A DNA stretch of 63,698 bases, the filler included, from a bacterium (lineage in GTDB: Bacteria > JAJRZV01), in the NCBI GenBank assembly GCA_024275095.1. It is 4 parts of 4 records of this genome, joined end to end, with 100 filler letters (N's around TTAATTAATTAA, not from the genome) between each part and the next. Parts side by side here need not be neighbours in the genome. Positions count along the whole stretch, not along the records: positions 46,741 to 61,726 come from JAJRZV010000087.1; positions 61,827 to 63,698 come from JAJRZV010000096.1; 2 more parts are not named here. One strand, 5' to 3'. Shown here in pieces: positions 59,604 through 63,698 of this stretch (positions within the stretch are counted from its first letter, which is position 1; each line of letters begins with the position of its first letter). The notes under the pieces are model-generated. The model had not been told where the DNA came from and did not search any database. It worked only from the letters and a program-made list of their open reading frames with translations. A program made the position numbers and the translations under genes.

Positions 59604-60412
59604 AAGGGTTGAGCATGAGAATGAGCGTGATAATCCTTTCAATCATTATTCTGTCCGCTGTTGCAGCTCCCTACATAGCACCATATTCACCTGAGGCTCA
59701 GGATATTGCTCACGCCCTGGAAGGCCCTTCAACAGCTCACCCTCTCGGGACCGATGAACTTGGACGTGATGTGTTGTCCCGCCTGATATACGGCGCACGT
59801 ATTACGCTGAGCGTAGCATTTTTTTCATCTCTCCTGGCGGTGTTTGCGGGTACACTGGTAGGACTCGCCGCGGGTCTGGGAGGACGTGCCGTTGACAATG
59901 CAGTAATGCGCATAGTGGATTTCTTTTATTCTATTCCTGACCTTTTGCTCATTGTGCTCATTACTGTGATGGCAGGTCGGTCAGTGGGGTCCATTATTTT
60001 TGCGATCGGTGTGACTTCATGGGCCTCGGTTTCCCGGATGGTAAGGAATGAGGTGATTTCATTGAAGACTGCTGATTTTTTTGCAGCAGCCAGGGCAGAA
60101 GGTCAATCTCTCGTCAGAACGGTGTTTTTTCACATTGTTCCCAACCTGGCAGGTGTTATTCTTGTGGTGCTTTCTCTTCGTGTACCTGCTGCTGTTATTG
60201 CAGAATCTTCACTCTCTTTTCTGGGGCTTGGACTCAATCCACCTGCTGCTTCGTGGGGGGTACTGTGTCAGTCGGGTTTCCGCGGGATGGCTTTCTACCC
60301 TCACCTTATATTTCCACCGGCTGTGGCCATATTCATGACAGTGTATTTATTTAACATACTTGCCGACCTTTTTTCCGAGCAGGTAAAACCCTGGAGTACG
60401 TCCAGAAGTTAA
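59600..60412 (+). CDS. oppC: peptide ABC transporter permease
   Basis: HPLGTDELGRDVLSRL, HIVPN, ESSLSFLGLG, SWG. Confidence 0.9.
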   Translation: MKGLSMRMSVIILSIIILSAVAAPYIAPYSPEAQDIAHALEGPSTAHPLGTDELGRDVLSRLIYGARITLSVAFFSSLLAVFAGTLVGLAAGLGGRAVDNAVMRIVDFFYSIPDLLLIVLITVMAGRSVGSIIFAIGVTSWASVSRMVRNEVISLKTADFFAAARAEGQSLVRTVFFHIVPNLAGVILVVLSLRVPAAVIAESSLSFLGLGLNPPAASWGVLCQSGFRGMAFYPHLIFPPAVAIFMTVYLFNILADLFSEQVKPWSTSRS

Positions 60413-60735
60413 GAATCCGTAGATGCACGTTGCAGGTCATCTTTGAGGGCACGGCGTAGAATGGTCTGCACAATGGAGAACGCTTCTTTGATTTCCGGGT
60501 AACGCAGCGAATAAATAACCCTGTTACCTTCCTTCCGCCGGGTTAAAATTCCTTTGTCCGTAAGCACTTTCAAGTGCTGTGATACGTTAGGAAGAGATGT
60601 CCCCAGCATTTCCGCCAGTTCACCCACAGTCATTTCATGTTGTGAAAGGCAGTCAATAATCATCAAGCGTTTGGGATGGTCAATAGAGCGACAAAACTCA
60701 GCCTGGAGATAGTAAATATCAGGAATCTTGCTCAC
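60409..60735 (-). CDS. ArsR/SmtB family transcriptional regulator
   Basis: LQAEFC, HPKRLMII, TVGELA, NVSQHL, RKEGNRVIYSL. Confidence 0.88.
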   Translation of the reverse strand: MSKIPDIYYLQAEFCRSIDHPKRLMIIDCLSQHEMTVGELAEMLGTSLPNVSQHLKVLTDKGILTRRKEGNRVIYSLRYPEIKEAFSIVQTILRRALKDDLQRASTDS

Positions 60736-60959
60736 AATCTCAAGTATAAATTTTGACACATTCTTTGGCAATACTTTTGGTTCAGAAAAACGCAAAAAAC
60801 AACACGATTAGTAAAGTGTTTTTATAGAGGGAATGATTACGAATAAAAATCAAATTTATTTTGATTGTGTGATTCAGTTTCCCTGTGTGTTAAAATGTAG
60901 TGTATGGAACGATTTTACAACAATTTATAAGGGTATATAAGGTGGTGTCTTTGAAGTTT

Positions 60960-61726
60960 TTAAAAATTTTCACAGGCAATCAGGGCGGCGCCGAGAGCAC
61001 CCACAATTTGCGGTTCTTCCGGGACATTGATGGGCACATGGAGCTCTTCTTCGAGGGCCTGTACGACCCCGCGGTTTTTGGCGACACCTCCGGTCATGGT
61101 GACCTCTGGGATTATTCCCACGCGTTTGGCCATTGGTGCCACACGTAATGCAACCGCCCGAAAAAGTCCGCGAATGATGTGAGACCTTTTTTCACCACTG
61201 TGGATGAGTGATATAACCTCAGACTCGGCAAAGACTGTACACATGCTGGTGATGCGTGCTGCACGTGGTGCATTTAGACCTTCCTCGACCATTGCAGAAA
61301 GGTCCATTTCGAGAACACGACTCATGTTTTCCAGGAAGCGCCCCGTTCCTGCTGCACATTTGTCGTTCATAACAAAGTCAACAACCCTTCCATCCTGATC
61401 AATGCTGATAGCTTTTGAATCCTGGCCCCCGATGTCTATAACCGTGTGCGTATTCGGAAAAAGGTGCCTGGCTCCTCTTGCATGGCACGTAATTTCTGTA
61501 ACGTGGCGCTGTGCTCCTGGCACACGCTGGCGGCCGTAACCAGTGGCTATTATACAGGCGGGATTTGCCTGCTCAAGACCCGTTGTTCTCAGGGCTTCAT
61601 TGAGGGCTTCCCGTGCTGCCCGTGCTCCGTCAAACCCTGTCGCCTTTACAACATATGCGAGGATGCGGGCATTTTCATCAATAATAACCACATCCGTGCT
61701 CTGGGAGCCCACGTCTATGCCGGCGA
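60960..61726 (-). CDS. 2-hydroxyacyl-CoA dehydratase activase (HgdC/BadG-type), 5'-truncated
   Basis: AGIDVGS, ATGYGR, TEITCH, DIGGQDSK, MNDKCAAGTGRF, CTVFAESE, TGGVA. Confidence 0.92.
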
Positions 61727-61826
61727 NNNNNNNNNNNNNNNNNNNNNNNNNNNNNNNNNNNNNNNNNNNNTTAATTAATTAANNNNNNNNNNNNNNNNNN
61801 NNNNNNNNNNNNNNNNNNNNNNNNNN
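61727..61826. other. artificial contig spacer
   Basis: N-run with TTAATTAATTAA. Confidence 0.99.
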
Positions 61827-61827
61827 A

Positions 61828-62019
61828 AAAACAGCCGAGGATGTGGCAAGGGATCATGGTTTATACAGGACATATCACGTGGCAGAAGTGCTGGCGGGTT
61901 TCTGGTTGTTTGGAGAGGCGGAACCAGCTCTTCCACTGTTTTTAAGGCTGGATTTACTGGATGTAAAGGCTCCAGGTGGAGTCATGGTGAAAGAGGTACT
62001 GCGTCGTGCCATTCTGTAA
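61828..62019 (+). CDS. 3' end of a gene, possibly an uncharacterised nucleotidyltransferase family protein
   Basis: Open frame KTAEDVARDHGLYRTYHVAEVLAGFWLFG...RRAIL*; pattern and context resemble NTase genes of PqqD cassettes. Confidence 0.35.
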   Translation, partial: KTAEDVARDHGLYRTYHVAEVLAGFWLFGEAEPALPLFLRLDLLDVKAPGGVMVKEVLRRAIL

Positions 62020-62800
62020 GGAATTTTTTATTCCTGCAGGGAGCACCCTCTGTATACACATATGCATGAAGTCGAAGAGGAATTCAGAGTTTCCCGAGTA
62101 TCTTAACCCATTTATGCAGCTGGCAGTACCCCAGGCTCAGGGAATTGTTGTAATATCGCTGGATGTCACATGTGATGATTTCAGGACTTGGGTAAAGGAT
62201 GAGGTGCTTCAAATTGAACAAAAAGGCGGGATTCTTTGCCTGGAGTCAGTTGACCTTCAGGCGTCGTGGGATGGAAAGGTGTGGACTGCGCGGGTCGGAG
62301 GCCCTGGAGGAATGGAGAATCTTCTTCGCGTGGCTCTGGCTCTTGAGGCACCCCGTTTCAATTATTTAGTCGTTCATGCGGCAGGTGTTGCTGCAAGTGG
62401 CAAGGGCTGGCTTTTTCCCGGACCCTCGGGAGCAGGTAAGAGTACAATTGCCCGGATTCTCCAGAATGCAGGATACGAGGTTCTGGGAGATGACCTTGTC
62501 CTGGCAGGCATTTCAACACACGGAAAAGTAAAAATCGATCGAATTCCATTTGTGAACCTTAAGCCGTCTTCAATGTGTAGTTTGGAGTGCATTATGTTTT
62601 TGAAAAAGTCGGTACGTCCTTATTGCAAACCTCTTCATCCTTCAGCCTCGACAATGCGTTTAATGTCTTCTCTTCCTTTTGTGACGTACTCGAAGAAATC
62701 TCTTGAACAGGCGCTGTTACTGGCACATCGCATCTCTGACACAGTAGAATGTTGTGAGCTTGGCTTTGACCTGGAAGGCAAATTTATTAAAATTATCTAA
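62006..62800 (+). CDS. HprK-related P-loop protein (ScmC-like)
   Basis: VHAAGV, LFPGPSGAGKSTI, VLGDDLV. Confidence 0.75.
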   Translation: MPFCKEFFIPAGSTLCIHICMKSKRNSEFPEYLNPFMQLAVPQAQGIVVISLDVTCDDFRTWVKDEVLQIEQKGGILCLESVDLQASWDGKVWTARVGGPGGMENLLRVALALEAPRFNYLVVHAAGVAASGKGWLFPGPSGAGKSTIARILQNAGYEVLGDDLVLAGISTHGKVKIDRIPFVNLKPSSMCSLECIMFLKKSVRPYCKPLHPSASTMRLMSSLPFVTYSKKSLEQALLLAHRISDTVECCELGFDLEGKFIKII

Positions 62801-62815
62801 TGTAGAGGATTTGTA

Positions 62816-63103
62816 GTGCAAAACAACAGGGTAAGTGACGCAGCTGTTCCTCGCCTTTCTCCTCACACGGTGTTTAGATGCATAGAAGAAGAATATATTA
62901 TTGTACAGGCACGCAGGGGTCTTGTCCTGCGCGTTAACACTGTGGGTGGAGAAGCGCTCGAACTTGTAAATGGGAATCGAACCATTCGGGATATTGCGAA
63001 GGAGCTCATCAAGAAATATTGCGTGAGCGAGAAGGAGTGTGTGGCATATCTGAAAGAATTTTTCGGGTTATTGAAAGATAAAGACGTGATTGTTTTTTCC
63101 TGA
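62816..63103 (+). CDS. PqqD family peptide chaperone (stand-alone RRE)
   Basis: VFRCIEEEYIIV, VNTVGGEALELVNGNRTIRDIA, YCVS, FFGLLKDKDVI. Confidence 0.85.
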   Translation: MQNNRVSDAAVPRLSPHTVFRCIEEEYIIVQARRGLVLRVNTVGGEALELVNGNRTIRDIAKELIKKYCVSEKECVAYLKEFFGLLKDKDVIVFS

Positions 63104-63513
63104 TGGTTCCAGTGAATGAATGTTTTACAGAAAAAATTGTAAAAGAGATGCTCACTGCTGGTGTGCCTCTTCGTGTGAAGATAAGGGGTTTCAGCATGTT
63201 ACCCTTACTGCGCCCCGGGGATATGGTGGAATTAAGGGCTCCTGAAGAAGATATAAAAAAGGGAGACGTGGTAATAGTGAAGGATAAAGGGACGCTTTTG
63301 TGTCATCGCGTGGTTAATATCGATTATCCATGGGTCTATACAGGTGGCGATTTTTCGCCACGTGTGGAAGGACCTTTTCATATTCACGATGTTCTTGCTG
63401 TGGTGATTGTTGAAAATCAATGGAAAATAAGAGGATGGATTGATCGTTTTTTTGTGAAAGTCAGCTTGTTTGTGAAACGATTGAGAAGGTTTTTCGTGAA
63501 GCCAGAAGAATAA
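63103..63513 (+). CDS. S24/S26 family peptidase
   Basis: GFSMLPLLRPGD, GDVV, CHRV, TGGD; no TM anchor. Confidence 0.85.
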   Translation: MVPVNECFTEKIVKEMLTAGVPLRVKIRGFSMLPLLRPGDMVELRAPEEDIKKGDVVIVKDKGTLLCHRVVNIDYPWVYTGGDFSPRVEGPFHIHDVLAVVIVENQWKIRGWIDRFFVKVSLFVKRLRRFFVKPEE

Positions 63514-63698
63514 AGTAAAAATAGTATTTTTAATTTACTAATACGGCCTCTTAACTATATAATATTACCCTTACGAAGGAGGGAGGGAGTGATGTCCTTC
63601 ACAGTAATTTCCCGTGTCTATGTGGTAGAATAGGAGCCAAATGAAGCTCGTTTTTGACAGGCTGAATTTGGTTGTTTGTCTATTATTTGTTTTTTGCA

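Noticed and set aside
62816-63103. PQQ or lasso peptide biosynthesis
   Set aside because: No pqqB/pqqC, lasso cyclase or transglutaminase-like B2 protease in the window.
63576-63633. RBS-like run followed by 13-codon ORF MSFTVISRVYVVE
   Set aside because: Too short, no leader or core features, and close to the window edge.
1-63698. CRISPR array, tRNA or rRNA genes
   Set aside because: None recognised by eye; a covariance-model scan would be needed to exclude them fully.

Overview
Four draft-genome contig pieces joined by artificial N-spacers with a TTAATTAATTAA linker (23353-23452, 46641-46740, 61727-61826), so gene order across the gaps is not evidence of real linkage. Gene content suggests an anaerobic diderm bacterium, plausibly deltaproteobacterial (inference). 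Piece 1: sufCBDUS behind a Fur-like box (sufB has an in-frame TGA), an SPL-like radical SAM gene, a GGDEF/TlpA/TlpA/M23 operon, spoIID-queA-tgt-yajC-HD-secDF-DUF456-recJ, a phasin-like gene and two lytic transglycosylases. Piece 2: an unannotated RCKP rubredoxin-like small gene, dcd, an ArsA-like ATPase, an AT-rich islet (SGNH pseudogene, vapBC, IS remnants), a GMC oxidoreductase and a near-complete TCA operon (gltA-icd-mdh-fumAB-sucCD-korDABC). Piece 3: Ig-like surface protein, C25 gingipain-like protein with a C-terminal sorting signal, a 60-aa RiPP-precursor-like peptide, a radical SAM/SPASM enzyme, mlaEFD, a triple-thioredoxin lipoprotein and oppABC. Piece 4: a probable nucleotidyltransferase 3' end, an HprK-related P-loop protein, PqqD and an S24/S26 peptidase. 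The best candidate for an uncharacterised system is the surface-protein/C25/peptide/rSAM-SPASM unit, with the PqqD-HprK-like-S26 cassette as its probable remaining maturation machinery.
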